DNA from: a virus
Taxonomy: Duplodnaviria > Caudoviricetes
Length of the DNA: 64,000 nucleotides
Virus record (IMG/VR): IMGVR_UViG_3300033067_002132
Span: 32,001-96,000 of that record
Strand: one strand, 5' to 3'
A program made the translations under genes and the position numbers. Positions 54,368 to 64,000 of the stretch are shown here, piece by piece (within the stretch, counting starts at the first letter, position 1; every line of letters starts with the position of its first letter). The notes beneath the pieces were generated by a model. The model saw only the letters and a program-made list of their open reading frames with translations. It was not told the DNA's origin and made no database searches.

Positions 54368-54916
54368 ATGAATCCTATTGAAACCCTAAAGACATTCGCG
54401 CACAATCCTCCCGGATTTGCCAGTTTTACCTATACGGCAAAAGGTAGCGGGGAAACTGCGCGGCATACCGTCATCCTCGGATTTGACTACAACAAGAGTG
54501 TGGAAAAGAGCCTAACCGATTTGGCGTGCATTAATCGGGCGGATTTCCCCGCAATTTCGGATGAATTGTGGCCCGTTGCCGTTTCGGAAATTCGGGCCAG
54601 TCTCGAAAAGACGCTGGCCGCGCACGTAAGGGGCGAGCAAAACGCGGACTACACAAAAAAGGATCAGTATTTGTCCCTGGGGTTTTCTGGTATGCACGTT
54701 AACCTTAATGACGGAAGCCTACAAGTTTTCGGGCTGGCGCACGCTAAGACTGTCCTGGTGCCCGGCGAATATAAGCCCGTCAAATCCCGTCCCCTCACGC
54801 TGGCCAAGGAAGCCATCCGCAAGACGCTGGCCGTGGGAAAATTCCGCGAGTTTGCCTTTGACTCCGGGACGATACACACTGTCCGCATGAACGGTTCGAC
54901 CCTCGAAATCGAGTAG
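54368..54916 (+). CDS. Conserved hypothetical phage protein
   Basis: Long ORF behind a TTGCAA promoter; YK.VKS..LT.AK..IRK.L...KFR.F. Confidence 0.65.
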   Translation: MNPIETLKTFAHNPPGFASFTYTAKGSGETARHTVILGFDYNKSVEKSLTDLACINRADFPAISDELWPVAVSEIRASLEKTLAAHVRGEQNADYTKKDQYLSLGFSGMHVNLNDGSLQVFGLAHAKTVLVPGEYKPVKSRPLTLAKEAIRKTLAVGKFREFAFDSGTIHTVRMNGSTLEIE

Positions 54917-55347
54917 GGGGAAAGACTATGCTCTTTCTCCTAATCGTTATCATTATCATCCTTTGTGCCGCTTACCATGAATAGAATAAAAAACGCTATC
55001 CTAATTCTTTTTTGGGTAGGCGTAGGATTCGGCGTTATTTTCGTAGTTTTTACCTTTATTTCGAACCTTTATTCTTCCTAGTTATGAAGCTAACCTTTTG
55101 CCTTGTATGGGGTCGCAATCGCCAGTTTCGCCTAAGCGAGCAAGGCTTAGCTGTGCTGCGCGTCCTTCGTCCCTTTGGCCCCTTGCCGTTCCTGCGGTGG
55201 GATTCCGTTGTGCGATTCGATCCTGGCCTTGCGTTGCTTGCGTTGCTCTTTTCGCTCCTTTTCGCATTTACCTATTGACGGCAAAAACCGTGTCTGATAC
55301 CGTTTCCTTGTCGGTCGCAGAAACAACCAAAACAAATTAGATAGAAC

Positions 55348-56166
55348 ATGAAAGCCAAACTTTACTTGCACGCTGGCGGAGCCCTTACAACGTGGGACGC
55401 GCTTAATGCTCTGCCCACCCCGCCCGCGATTGGCAAACACGTCCCTGTTGGACACGCGGCCTTTTTGGACCGCATCGAAAGACTGTTGCCCGTGGACGGA
55501 TTCAGTGTGATCGAACGCCAGATTGCCGTCGCAAAGGACGGGGCGCGGATGTTTGCGCTCCTTCAACTAGCCCACCCTAGCCTAACGTGTGGCGATGGGT
55601 CAGGGTATATCATGGGTGTGCGAAACTCTCACGACAAGGCGTTTGCCGCTTCTGTTACCGTGGGCCGTTGCCCCTTCGTTTGCGATAATCTCGCGTTTTC
55701 GTCCGGGGCGGATGGTGTTGTCGTTAATCGGCGCCATATTGGGGGCGTGCATCGTGACTTGGGCGGAATGGTTATGGAGTTAATCGCGGGGCTCGCCGAT
55801 CGATTCCGGATTACGGATGCTCGGGACGCTTGTTATCGGGGCGCTACGCTTGACAATCGGGACGCTGATCACTTCGTTTTAGAGTTGTACCGCAACGGGG
55901 CGATTGGTTGGGGCGAAGCACGCCGTGTTCTCGCGGAGTACCACGGGACGGCCGTTAACCCCGACAAGGTTGAATTCCGTCATGCGGAATTCGAACCCCG
56001 GACCGCCTATTCTCTTTTCAACGCTTTTACGCAAGAATTGAAGGGAATTGACGACAAGGGTGTGGCCCACCCTAACGTTTGGGAACTCCCGAAGGCGACC
56101 GCAATCGCGTGCGAAGTGTTCGACCGCCTTTGCACCTTCAACCCCGCCGGGGCGATTGTCGTCTAG
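55348..56166 (+). CDS. DUF932-family protein
   Basis: G.RNSHDK, FVCDNLAF, RH, T.YSLFNAFT..LK. Confidence 0.8.
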   Translation: MKAKLYLHAGGALTTWDALNALPTPPAIGKHVPVGHAAFLDRIERLLPVDGFSVIERQIAVAKDGARMFALLQLAHPSLTCGDGSGYIMGVRNSHDKAFAASVTVGRCPFVCDNLAFSSGADGVVVNRRHIGGVHRDLGGMVMELIAGLADRFRITDARDACYRGATLDNRDADHFVLELYRNGAIGWGEARRVLAEYHGTAVNPDKVEFRHAEFEPRTAYSLFNAFTQELKGIDDKGVAHPNVWELPKATAIACEVFDRLCTFNPAGAIVV

Positions 56167-56176
56167 TGTGACTCAC

Positions 56177-56207
56177 GGGGAAGGGGGCTTTCCCCCTTCC
56201 CCCCTCT
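56177..56207 (+). terminator. GC-rich hairpin, possible terminator
   Basis: GGGGAAGGGGG/CCCCCTTCCCC hairpin with a weak tail. Confidence 0.5.
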
Positions 56208-56573
56208 CCTCAATTCCAATCTCTACCAACACTAAAAACCATGAATTCCACCATCGCGAAAAATCTCGAAAACTGGCGTGAGTCCCGCGGGCTTAACATT
56301 CGCCGAAACGAAGTCAACCGAATCCTCGCTCAACGGGTCGCAAACGAAGCGGCAGAGAACGCCCGGCGAGCCGAGGAAGCCTTGCAAGCGGGGCTTGCGT
56401 CAGATCGGATCGAACGTGCCAAACGTATGGGGGCTACCCCGCCCGCTTCTGCTATCGACGTAAAGTTTCGGCGCGGGTCGGATGGAAGGGGCGGGCGTAC
56501 TTTCTGGGAATGGATTTTCCCCAAGCAAATCGAGACTGTCGCGGCCTATTAAGTAAAAGCGCGTAGGCTATCG

Positions 56574-56603
56574 CCCCCTAGGTCACAAGCCTAGGGGGTT
56601 TTT
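56574..56603 (+). terminator. Intrinsic terminator ending the GC-richer block
   Basis: CCCCTAGG/CCTAGGGG followed by a T run. Confidence 0.8.
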
Positions 56604-57563
56604 CTTATACCCCGCCAACGCTCTAGGATCGACGGAGAAGCGTTTTGATTGCGCGACGATACCAACAGAACGCCAACAATTAATGATAACGCCAGACAAA
56701 CCGCTGTAGCTACCCTATAGGCACGGTCGATAGCGCCGAAAGCCAACTAACTGTTAAAGGAAGCTAGGCAAAAAGTGCCGTTTTGAACTAAATGGGCGCG
56801 AATAAGAAAGATCACTAAGAAATTATGCCCCCCAATTTCTTAATTAATTTTAGTAGTGAAATTTCGTAGATGCCCCCGGGGAGGTCGAATTAACTCGCTC
56901 ATTATCATTTAAACCTTTTATTATATATTCTTTCTTTCCCCACATATATATAAATCATTAATAACGTATTATAATTTAATCTTTTATTGTATATATTACT
57001 CTCTATATCTTTATCTATTATTCCTCTTCTAAAAAGAAGTCGAAGTTATAGTTTTTTGTAAAAATGGCGGGGGTCATATTTATTCTATAGCTTTATTATA
57101 GATATAGGGGGGGTATTTCTTATTCTATATAGATTTAAAAATATTAATAAATATTAGTTTTTATAAAAATGGCCCGAAGTATATTTTTTATAGACCTTTG
57201 TTATAGATACTCTTTTTTTATTCTGTGTAATAATGTTTAGATTTCCGCCCGAATATATTTAATATAAAACAATGAATACAGAAGAAAATGATGTTTTATG
57301 GAATCTTGCTAAGGAAAGTTTAGATGTACTTAAAGAACAAGATAAAAATGCGGCGCCATTAATTATAGTTGGATTTAATAATCAAACTACTCAGGTTTAT
57401 TCTTATACTCTTCCTTATCCCGGATTAACTTTATTAGATTATTCATTAATTCTTGGTTCTATTGCTAAGGATCATTTAAATACTTTTAATTATGATTCTA
57501 AAAAATTAGAACAAATAAAATTAGAAATCGCCCAAGGATTTATAGAAGGATTAAATTCAAAAA

Positions 57564-57893
57564 ATGAAACGACTGAAACAAACATTTAAAATAGTTCTAT
57601 TGTTATTAATCACAATGAATCTTGGGGCCGATGATATTAAATTAGCCTGGGATTATAAAAGCAATTTACCTTTTGAGTTTTTTGAAATACAACGAAGAGA
57701 TTTATATTCTAATTCTTTCGAACCGATAGTAAGAACGACAAATACTTTTTATAGAGATACTAATGTTTTCAACCATAATATCTATGTATGGCGCGTTTAT
57801 ACGATATTTAAACAAGGATCTACGAATGTTTATTCAGATTCTTCTAATTATGTTACAAATACCGCGGATAAACATCAATATACCATAGATTAA
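57564..57893 (+). CDS. Secreted FN3-like protein
   Basis: Signal peptide; LAWD, F.IQR, Y.D, Y.WRV, S..SN. Confidence 0.55.
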   Translation: MKRLKQTFKIVLLLLITMNLGADDIKLAWDYKSNLPFEFFEIQRRDLYSNSFEPIVRTTNTFYRDTNVFNHNIYVWRVYTIFKQGSTNVYSDSSNYVTNTADKHQYTID

Positions 57894-57983
57894 TGTTTTT
57901 ACCTCTTTTTATAGTTGCTTGGATTCTTTTAGGGTTATTTAAAACTCTTTTCTCTAGTGTTTCTTATATTTCTTCTAATAACT

Positions 57984-58388
57984 ATGAATATTTACCCACA
58001 AGAACAAAACAAAAATCGATTAGTAAAAAATCTACCAAAAAAATACGATAAAGGATGGGGTTATGAATTATGGATTCATAATGATAATAATTATTGTGGA
58101 AAAATTCTTCATTTTTATGCGGGCGGACAAGGAAGTTTTCATTATCATATAGATAAAATAGAAACTTGGTATATTTCTTCAGGATCATTTAATGTTTATA
58201 TTATGGATACAGAAACAGCCGATCCATATTTAATACAATTAAAACAAGGAGATACATTGCATATTAATAGGGGTGTTCCACATAAAATTCTTTGTTTTGA
58301 AGAAGGTGATATATTTGAAATATCTACGCAACATTTTGAACACGATTCTTACAGAATTGGAAAGGGAAATTCACAATTAAAAAAATAA
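57984..58388 (+). CDS. Cupin (mannose-6-phosphate isomerase-like)
   Basis: KGWGYE.W..N...YCGK.L, S.HYH..K.ETW, H....G..H, E.ST.H...DSYR. Confidence 0.85.
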   Translation: MNIYPQEQNKNRLVKNLPKKYDKGWGYELWIHNDNNYCGKILHFYAGGQGSFHYHIDKIETWYISSGSFNVYIMDTETADPYLIQLKQGDTLHINRGVPHKILCFEEGDIFEISTQHFEHDSYRIGKGNSQLKK

Positions 58389-58428
58389 CTTTTTAGTTAT
58401 AAAATATATAGGAGTGTAAATTAATAAG

Positions 58429-59148
58429 ATGTCAAAAAAAGATCACTCAATTAGGGTTCCTCAACGAGATAAAATTAAAAATAATTTAAATATCAAGGAG
58501 AGAAACGATTTAACTGATAATCAAAAAAAATTTTTAGAAATTGCTCAATCTAATGAATGTAAAATGATGTTCGTTTCGGGTCCTGCGGGTGTGGCTAAAA
58601 CGTATTTGGCTGTTTTAGTAGCTTTAAGACTATTAAATGCGAAAAAAGTAAGTGATATTTTATATATTCGTAGCGCGGTAGAAAGTTCTGATCATAAATT
58701 AGGATATTTACCCGGCGAATCTGAAGATAAAATGTTACCATATATTCAACCTTTAATAGATAAATTAGATGAATTATTATCTAAGATAGAAACTGATGGA
58801 TTAGTTAAAGAACAGCGCGTAAAGGGTCAACCAGTAGGGTTTATGCGCGGATTAAACTGGAATGCTAAAGCTATTATAGCAGACGAAATGCAAAACTGTT
58901 CTTATAAAGAACTAGTTACATTAATGACAAGAGCAGGAGAATTTTCTAAAGTCTTTATATTAGGAGATCCTATGCAAAGTGATATTAATGGTAAAAGTGG
59001 ATTTAATCAAATGTATAATTTATTTAATACAGAAGAAGATAAGAAAAATGGAGTTTTCTGTTTTAAATTTACTAAAGATGATGTTGTTCGTAGTGGATTA
59101 GTTAAATATATATTGGAAAAACTAGAGTCTGTTACTGTTACAAAATAA
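58429..59148 (+). CDS. phoH: PhoH-family ATPase
   Basis: GPAG.AKT, LGYLPG, MRG, DE.QN, TR.G, GD..QSD, VRS. Confidence 0.92.
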   Translation: MSKKDHSIRVPQRDKIKNNLNIKERNDLTDNQKKFLEIAQSNECKMMFVSGPAGVAKTYLAVLVALRLLNAKKVSDILYIRSAVESSDHKLGYLPGESEDKMLPYIQPLIDKLDELLSKIETDGLVKEQRVKGQPVGFMRGLNWNAKAIIADEMQNCSYKELVTLMTRAGEFSKVFILGDPMQSDINGKSGFNQMYNLFNTEEDKKNGVFCFKFTKDDVVRSGLVKYILEKLESVTVTK

Positions 59149-59206
59149 ATAAAAGATTAGATAATTACGATTACTCATATATAATAAGTGTAACAACTTA
59201 TTGTTT

Positions 59207-59617
59207 ATGAGTAATTTTTCTTATTATTGTATGGAATGTGGTTCTCCTACCACAGAATTTAAACCAAAATTTTGTCCGTCTTGTGGAAAACCCTTTTTCC
59301 AAAGTAGTAATTCTTCTTCTAAACCAATAGTTCCTTCTACTATTAAACCTTCTAAAAAAGAAGAACCTCCTGATATTCTTGATGAAGACGATGACGATGA
59401 TTTTATAGAGGATAATAATAATCCTACGATTATAGAAAATGCTTCAGATTCTTTTGATTTACAAGATCTTGAAAGAAAAAGAGTAACATTAAAAGATTTA
59501 GAACATCAAGAAAAAATCGGATCTGTTAGAGATCCTATTAAAAAAGTATCTAAAAAACAAGCATTGGAGGAATTTAAAAAAGAAGCTAGTGCATCTTCTA
59601 GAGTAAATAAACGTTAA
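59207..59617 (+). CDS. Zinc-ribbon protein with acidic tract
   Basis: YC.ECG...KP.FCP.CG; DEDDDDD. Confidence 0.65.
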   Translation: MSNFSYYCMECGSPTTEFKPKFCPSCGKPFFQSSNSSSKPIVPSTIKPSKKEEPPDILDEDDDDDFIEDNNNPTIIENASDSFDLQDLERKRVTLKDLEHQEKIGSVRDPIKKVSKKQALEEFKKEASASSRVNKR

Positions 59618-59619
59618 TT

Positions 59620-60309
59620 ATGGAAAAAAATTCATCTTTTGAGGAAAATATTTATTTAATTGATAAAGAAATACGTAAAAGAAAAGGAGAATGGACTTTA
59701 ACAGCGTTATCTTGGATGGATTTTGACGATATTTCTCAAATATTACGTATTCATATATACAAAAAATGGTTCTTATATGATCAAAAAAAACCATTAGGAC
59801 CTTGGATTAATACTATAATTACTAATCAAATTAAAAATTTAATTAGAAATAATTATGGTAATTATTCTAGACCTTGTTTAAAATGTGCTGCTTCTGAAGG
59901 AGACGATTTATGTAGTATTTATACAAAACAATGTAATGCTTGTCCTTTATATGCACATTGGGAAAAAAATAAAAAACAAGCTTATGATATAAAATTACCT
60001 GTTACAATAGAAAATCATACTAATGAAATTAGTGAAATGCCGAGCGAATCAATAGATATTGATTTAAATGCTAATAATATTCATGAATATATGATGAAAA
60101 ATTTAAAACCTTTAGAATTAAAAATATATAATTATTTGTATATAGAGCATAAAACAGAATTAGAGGTTGCTAAATTAATGGGTTATAAAACTAATGAAAA
60201 AGGAAGAAGTCCTGGATATAAACAAATTAAAAACATTAAAAAGAATATTATTATTAAAGTTAAAAAGGCTTTAGTCGATGGAGAAATAGAAATTATAAAA
60301 TATGGATAA
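59620..60309 (+). CDS. Divergent sigma-factor-like protein with Cys-rich insert
   Basis: Region-2-like DD..Q.L..HI..KW..YD....W...II.NQI.N..R; region-4-like L.P.E..IY..LY...E.EVA..MG. Confidence 0.6.
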   Translation: MEKNSSFEENIYLIDKEIRKRKGEWTLTALSWMDFDDISQILRIHIYKKWFLYDQKKPLGPWINTIITNQIKNLIRNNYGNYSRPCLKCAASEGDDLCSIYTKQCNACPLYAHWEKNKKQAYDIKLPVTIENHTNEISEMPSESIDIDLNANNIHEYMMKNLKPLELKIYNYLYIEHKTELEVAKLMGYKTNEKGRSPGYKQIKNIKKNIIIKVKKALVDGEIEIIKYG

Positions 60310-61444
60310 TATTAAACAATTAAATAATTTATTAGATCAATCTCCTGAAGAAAGAACAGTTGAATTATCAGATAAACAGAAAAAAGATGTTTTAGAATTT
60401 TGGGAGAAAAATAAAAATCCTGAATGTGCTCCGGATTTAAAATCTCTTGTTGCAGTAGCTTGGGGCGATAAAGAAGATACAAGAAGTTGGAAAGGGCGTT
60501 TAGTAAGAGAATATTTAGTATCTAAACAAATAAAACCACGATTAACTCAAGAATACGTACCTAAAAAGAAAGAAGAATTAAAACCCGAAGAAAAAGAATT
60601 CGTTGCGAATAATTATCATCGTATGGGCGCATTAGAATTAGCGCGTACATTATTTAATAATGAGACATTATCTCCTTTACATAAAGAAACAAAATTAGTA
60701 ATCGATTATTTAAGCGAATTAAATCCAAAGGTTGGAGAACAAATAGAAGAAGATACAGGATTAGCTAGAGATAATTATAATCCGCCAAAATCATTACCCC
60801 AAGTATTAGGACGAGTAAATAAAAATGTTTATAATGGAATTGATGAAAAGAAAATTACCATTAAACAAAAAAAGCAATTATGGACGCTTGTTGGTTATTT
60901 ACATACGATGAGATTTAATTCTCAAATTAATACCTTTAAAAAAATAGAAGAACGTTTATTATTTGAATCGGAATTTATACGTTGTACTTATGATAAAGAT
61001 GATTTAAGTGAAGAAGAAGTAGATCAATATATTGTATATGCTACAGAGGTTTTAATTTCTCAATCTATTTTGAATCGAATAGAAACTCTTGAAATTAATC
61101 AAGATGAACAAATGGAAGAAAGAAGAGGACAAATTAATATTGGTCTTGTAGATGCCGTTAAATCGTTAAGAGATGAATATAATAAATGTATTAAACGCCA
61201 AAATGATTTATTAGAAGATCTAAAAGGTAAAAGAAAAGAACGAATTAATACTAAATTAAAAGAAACCGCGAGCGTATTAAATCTTGTTCAATTATGGAAA
61301 GAAGAAGAAACAAGAAAACAACTTATTGATCTTGCTAATAAAGAACAAGCTGATTTAAAAGAAGAAATAGAAAGATTATCTTCGTTAGACGAAGTAAAAG
61401 CAAGAATTATGGGTATTACAGAAGACGAAATTTTATTTGGTTAA
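60302..61444 (+). CDS. Hypothetical helical protein before terminase (possible small subunit)
   Basis: Position and coiled-coil C-terminus only. Confidence 0.4.
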   Translation: MDNIKQLNNLLDQSPEERTVELSDKQKKDVLEFWEKNKNPECAPDLKSLVAVAWGDKEDTRSWKGRLVREYLVSKQIKPRLTQEYVPKKKEELKPEEKEFVANNYHRMGALELARTLFNNETLSPLHKETKLVIDYLSELNPKVGEQIEEDTGLARDNYNPPKSLPQVLGRVNKNVYNGIDEKKITIKQKKQLWTLVGYLHTMRFNSQINTFKKIEERLLFESEFIRCTYDKDDLSEEEVDQYIVYATEVLISQSILNRIETLEINQDEQMEERRGQINIGLVDAVKSLRDEYNKCIKRQNDLLEDLKGKRKERINTKLKETASVLNLVQLWKEEETRKQLIDLANKEQADLKEEIERLSSLDEVKARIMGITEDEILFG

Positions 61445-61451
61445 TAAGTAT

Positions 61452-63329
61452 ATGTTTTACGCACCCGATAAATATAAAAAAGAATGTGTTAATTTAAATG
61501 ATATTTATTATCAACTTCAGGGAACTTTAGAAGATAAAGAAGCAAAAATTACTTTAGCTAGATTTCTAAGACAAAATCTTGGATTAACAACATATTTACT
61601 TACAGGAATTCAGTTAGCACCTTATCAAGAACTAACATTAAAAGGATTTTTTAATCGTAATTTTTCAATGTGTGTTTGGGGTCGTGGTTGCGCGAAAAGT
61701 TTTATATCTTCTGTTTATTGTATTTTACAATGTTTATTTGAACCAAATACTAATATTTTAATTGCGGGTCCTACATTTAGAACCTCTCGTTTCATTTTTG
61801 AAAAAATAGAACAGATAGCTTCTTCTCCTAACGCGCAATTATTAGCCCAATGTTTTACTCAAAAAAGTATTCGTCGAAATGATTTATTTGAATGGAAAAT
61901 TAATGGCGGATCTATTAAAGCTATTCCATTAAATGGTGAAAAAATTCGTGGTTTTCGTGCTAATATATTAATTCTTGACGAGTTTTTATTACTTCCTGAA
62001 GAAATAGTTAAAACCGTATTAATGCCTTTCTTAGTAGCCCCTCAAAATATTAGTGAACGTATTAAAATACGTAAATTAGAAGATGCCTTAATTAAAAAGG
62101 GTAAAATGAAAGAATCAGAGCGTCGTAAATTTACATCTAATGTAAAAATGATCGCTCTTTCATCCGCGAGTTTTACCTTTGAAAATCTTTATAAAGTTTA
62201 TAGTGATTGGGTACATAAAATATATAAAGATCCTAAAGATACTTCTAAAGAAGAAGAGGAAGAAAACGAATTAATTAAAAATTCTACTTATTTCGTTTCT
62301 CAATTAAGTTATAAAGCTATTCCTGAAGAATTAATAGATAAAACTATTATCGATGAAGCAAAATCGGGCGGATCTGATGCTATTTTTCAACGAGAATACG
62401 AAGCTCAATTTACTGATGGAAGTGAAAGTTATTTTAGCTTTAAAAAAATGATAGAATGTACTTTTAAATTAGGCGAATCTCCACACGCTAAATTAATAGG
62501 AGATAGCGATAAAAAATATATTCTTTCTATTGATCCTAGTTTTAGTAATAGCCCAACTTCTGATTTTTTTGCTATGTCTGTTTTTGAATTAAATGAAGAA
62601 AATAAGACAGGGACACTTGTACATTCTTATGCTAAAGCAGGAACAGATTTAAAATTCCATATTGAATATTTTTATTATTTAATTAAAAGTTTTAATATTG
62701 TAATGATTTTATCTGATAATGCAGATGGAAATTTTATACAAAGTGCCAATGAATCTAAAACATTTAAAGATAATCATATAAAATATGAGTTCGTAGAATT
62801 TGAAAGTGAATTAGAAGGACAAGAATACGAAAGAGAATTACAAAAAGCAAAGAAAGATTATAATTTAGAAGGTCGTAAAATTTGTTTTAAACAAGTTTTT
62901 ACTCAAAACTTTATTCGCCGATCCAATGAATTATTACAAACGAATATAGATAGAAAAAGAATCTTTTTCGCGTCTAATATTAATGGTAATGAAGTGGCTT
63001 TTGAAAAAGAAACACAAGCAGATATTAATTTAACCACAATAGGAGAAGAATTTTTAAGTGAAATTATAGATAATGTTGATTCTAACATTTATGGTACAAA
63101 AAAAGAATGTTCTTTAATTGAAGTTAAAACAAATCCACAAGGAAATCAAACTTTTGATTTACCTTTAAATTTGAAAAAGAATAAATCACCCAATAGAGCG
63201 AGAAAAGATAGATATACTGCATTATTATTAGGAAATTGGGCTATTAAATGTTATTATGAAATAATGGGCTTTCAAGCTCAAAAACAAGTTTTTGATTTTG
63301 AACCTTTTATGATAGATCAAGCTAAATGA
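61452..63329 (+). CDS. terL: Terminase large subunit
   Basis: GRGCAKS Walker A, IRGFRAN.LILDEF Walker B, F.REY.A.F, SIDPS nuclease Asp, KDRY.A. Confidence 0.85.
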   Translation: MFYAPDKYKKECVNLNDIYYQLQGTLEDKEAKITLARFLRQNLGLTTYLLTGIQLAPYQELTLKGFFNRNFSMCVWGRGCAKSFISSVYCILQCLFEPNTNILIAGPTFRTSRFIFEKIEQIASSPNAQLLAQCFTQKSIRRNDLFEWKINGGSIKAIPLNGEKIRGFRANILILDEFLLLPEEIVKTVLMPFLVAPQNISERIKIRKLEDALIKKGKMKESERRKFTSNVKMIALSSASFTFENLYKVYSDWVHKIYKDPKDTSKEEEEENELIKNSTYFVSQLSYKAIPEELIDKTIIDEAKSGGSDAIFQREYEAQFTDGSESYFSFKKMIECTFKLGESPHAKLIGDSDKKYILSIDPSFSNSPTSDFFAMSVFELNEENKTGTLVHSYAKAGTDLKFHIEYFYYLIKSFNIVMILSDNADGNFIQSANESKTFKDNHIKYEFVEFESELEGQEYERELQKAKKDYNLEGRKICFKQVFTQNFIRRSNELLQTNIDRKRIFFASNINGNEVAFEKETQADINLTTIGEEFLSEIIDNVDSNIYGTKKECSLIEVKTNPQGNQTFDLPLNLKKNKSPNRARKDRYTALLLGNWAIKCYYEIMGFQAQKQVFDFEPFMIDQAK

Positions 63330-64000
63330 ACGAAAAATGTTTAATTTGTTATAAAGATATTAATAATGATGGCCATTTTTGGAAAGAACATCGTATTAAG
63401 ATAGAGAATTATTATTATCAATATATTCCTAATAAAGATTTATATACAAAAGAACAAATACCATTTAAATCAAGAGAACAATATTTATTAAATAATTTTA
63501 TAAATAGAAGTAATCTTTCTAAGTATTTAAATGAATTATCAGAAAATGATGCGAAAAAATTCTGTTTAGATCTTTTAATTAAAAGAAAAGAAATCAAAAA
63601 TTTAATTTGGACTCCTACTCAAACCGAACTTAAAAGTCTTATTTTTCCTACTATATTAACATATAATAGATTATTTAAAGAAGGATATTATCAATTATGT
63701 GCTGATAATAATTTTACTAATAAATTCGAAAATCCTAATTTTAAACATCTCGTTAGTAATCCAGAATATAATGATAGGGCGCATCATATTATTATTGATA
63801 GTAGAGAACAAACACCATTAAGATTTAAAGATTTTCCTATTCAAGTAAGCAAACTAGAATATGGGGATTATGGGTTTTCTAATAGTAAATGCTCTTTATA
63901 TACGTATGTAGAAAGAAAAAATGTCGTTGATTTTATTTCTACATTGTCTTCGGGATATGAAAGATTTATTAAAGAAATTGAAAGAGCTTATAATGATGGG
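63326..64000 (+). CDS. ERCC4-domain nuclease (runs off window end)
   Basis: IDSREQ.P, L.YGDY, VERK...DF..TL....ERF..E..R. Confidence 0.8.
   Translation, partial: MNEKCLICYKDINNDGHFWKEHRIKIENYYYQYIPNKDLYTKEQIPFKSREQYLLNNFINRSNLSKYLNELSENDAKKFCLDLLIKRKEIKNLIWTPTQTELKSLIFPTILTYNRLFKEGYYQLCADNNFTNKFENPNFKHLVSNPEYNDRAHHIIIDSREQTPLRFKDFPIQVSKLEYGDYGFSNSKCSLYTYVERKNVVDFISTLSSGYERFIKEIERAYNDG

Noticed and set aside
50094-56524. Numerous minus-strand and alternate-frame ORFs in the GC-richer block
   Set aside because: They are shadows of well-supported + strand genes and show no recognisable motifs.
1-64000. Stop-codon reassignment
   Set aside because: Conserved genes are full length in the standard code, TAG and TGA both terminate genes, and no suppressor tRNA was seen.

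Overview
A 64-kb slice of a large, AT-rich tailed-phage genome. The window ends in a terminase large subunit, PhoH, a sigma-like factor and an ERCC4 nuclease. The host is probably in the PVC group, most likely Verrucomicrobia: this is inferred from a PVC-style prepilin N-terminus, a PEP-CTERM tail, FN3-type secreted proteins and the absence of Shine-Dalgarno motifs. Almost all genes are on the + strand. Many sit directly behind sigma70-type TTGAC-N16/17-TAnnnT promoters placed 5-9 nt before the ATG, which suggests leaderless mRNAs. The only convincing minus-strand genes are five free-standing homing endonucleases, each preceded by a GTGTA motif that also precedes genes near the terminase (candidate late promoter). 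Metabolic and anti-defence cargo includes a PRPP-synthetase-like plus NAMPT-like pair (NARP1-like), NADAR, a phiEco32-type ligase/GATase/ATP-grasp triad, an HldE-type kinase, an RlmN-like radical SAM enzyme, HD and MazG hydrolases, DHFR, a RuvB-like ATPase, RadC and DUF932. The most unusual content is RNA: three tRNAs, three tRNA scaffolds with inflated inserts (one carrying a kissing-loop module), a consensus pistol ribozyme, a triple-pseudoknot RNA, a ~735-nt ornate ncRNA candidate, and an array of compact pseudoknotted or kissing-loop modules at 32.5-37 kb. All RNA structures were inferred by eye from base complementarity; no folding program or database search was run.
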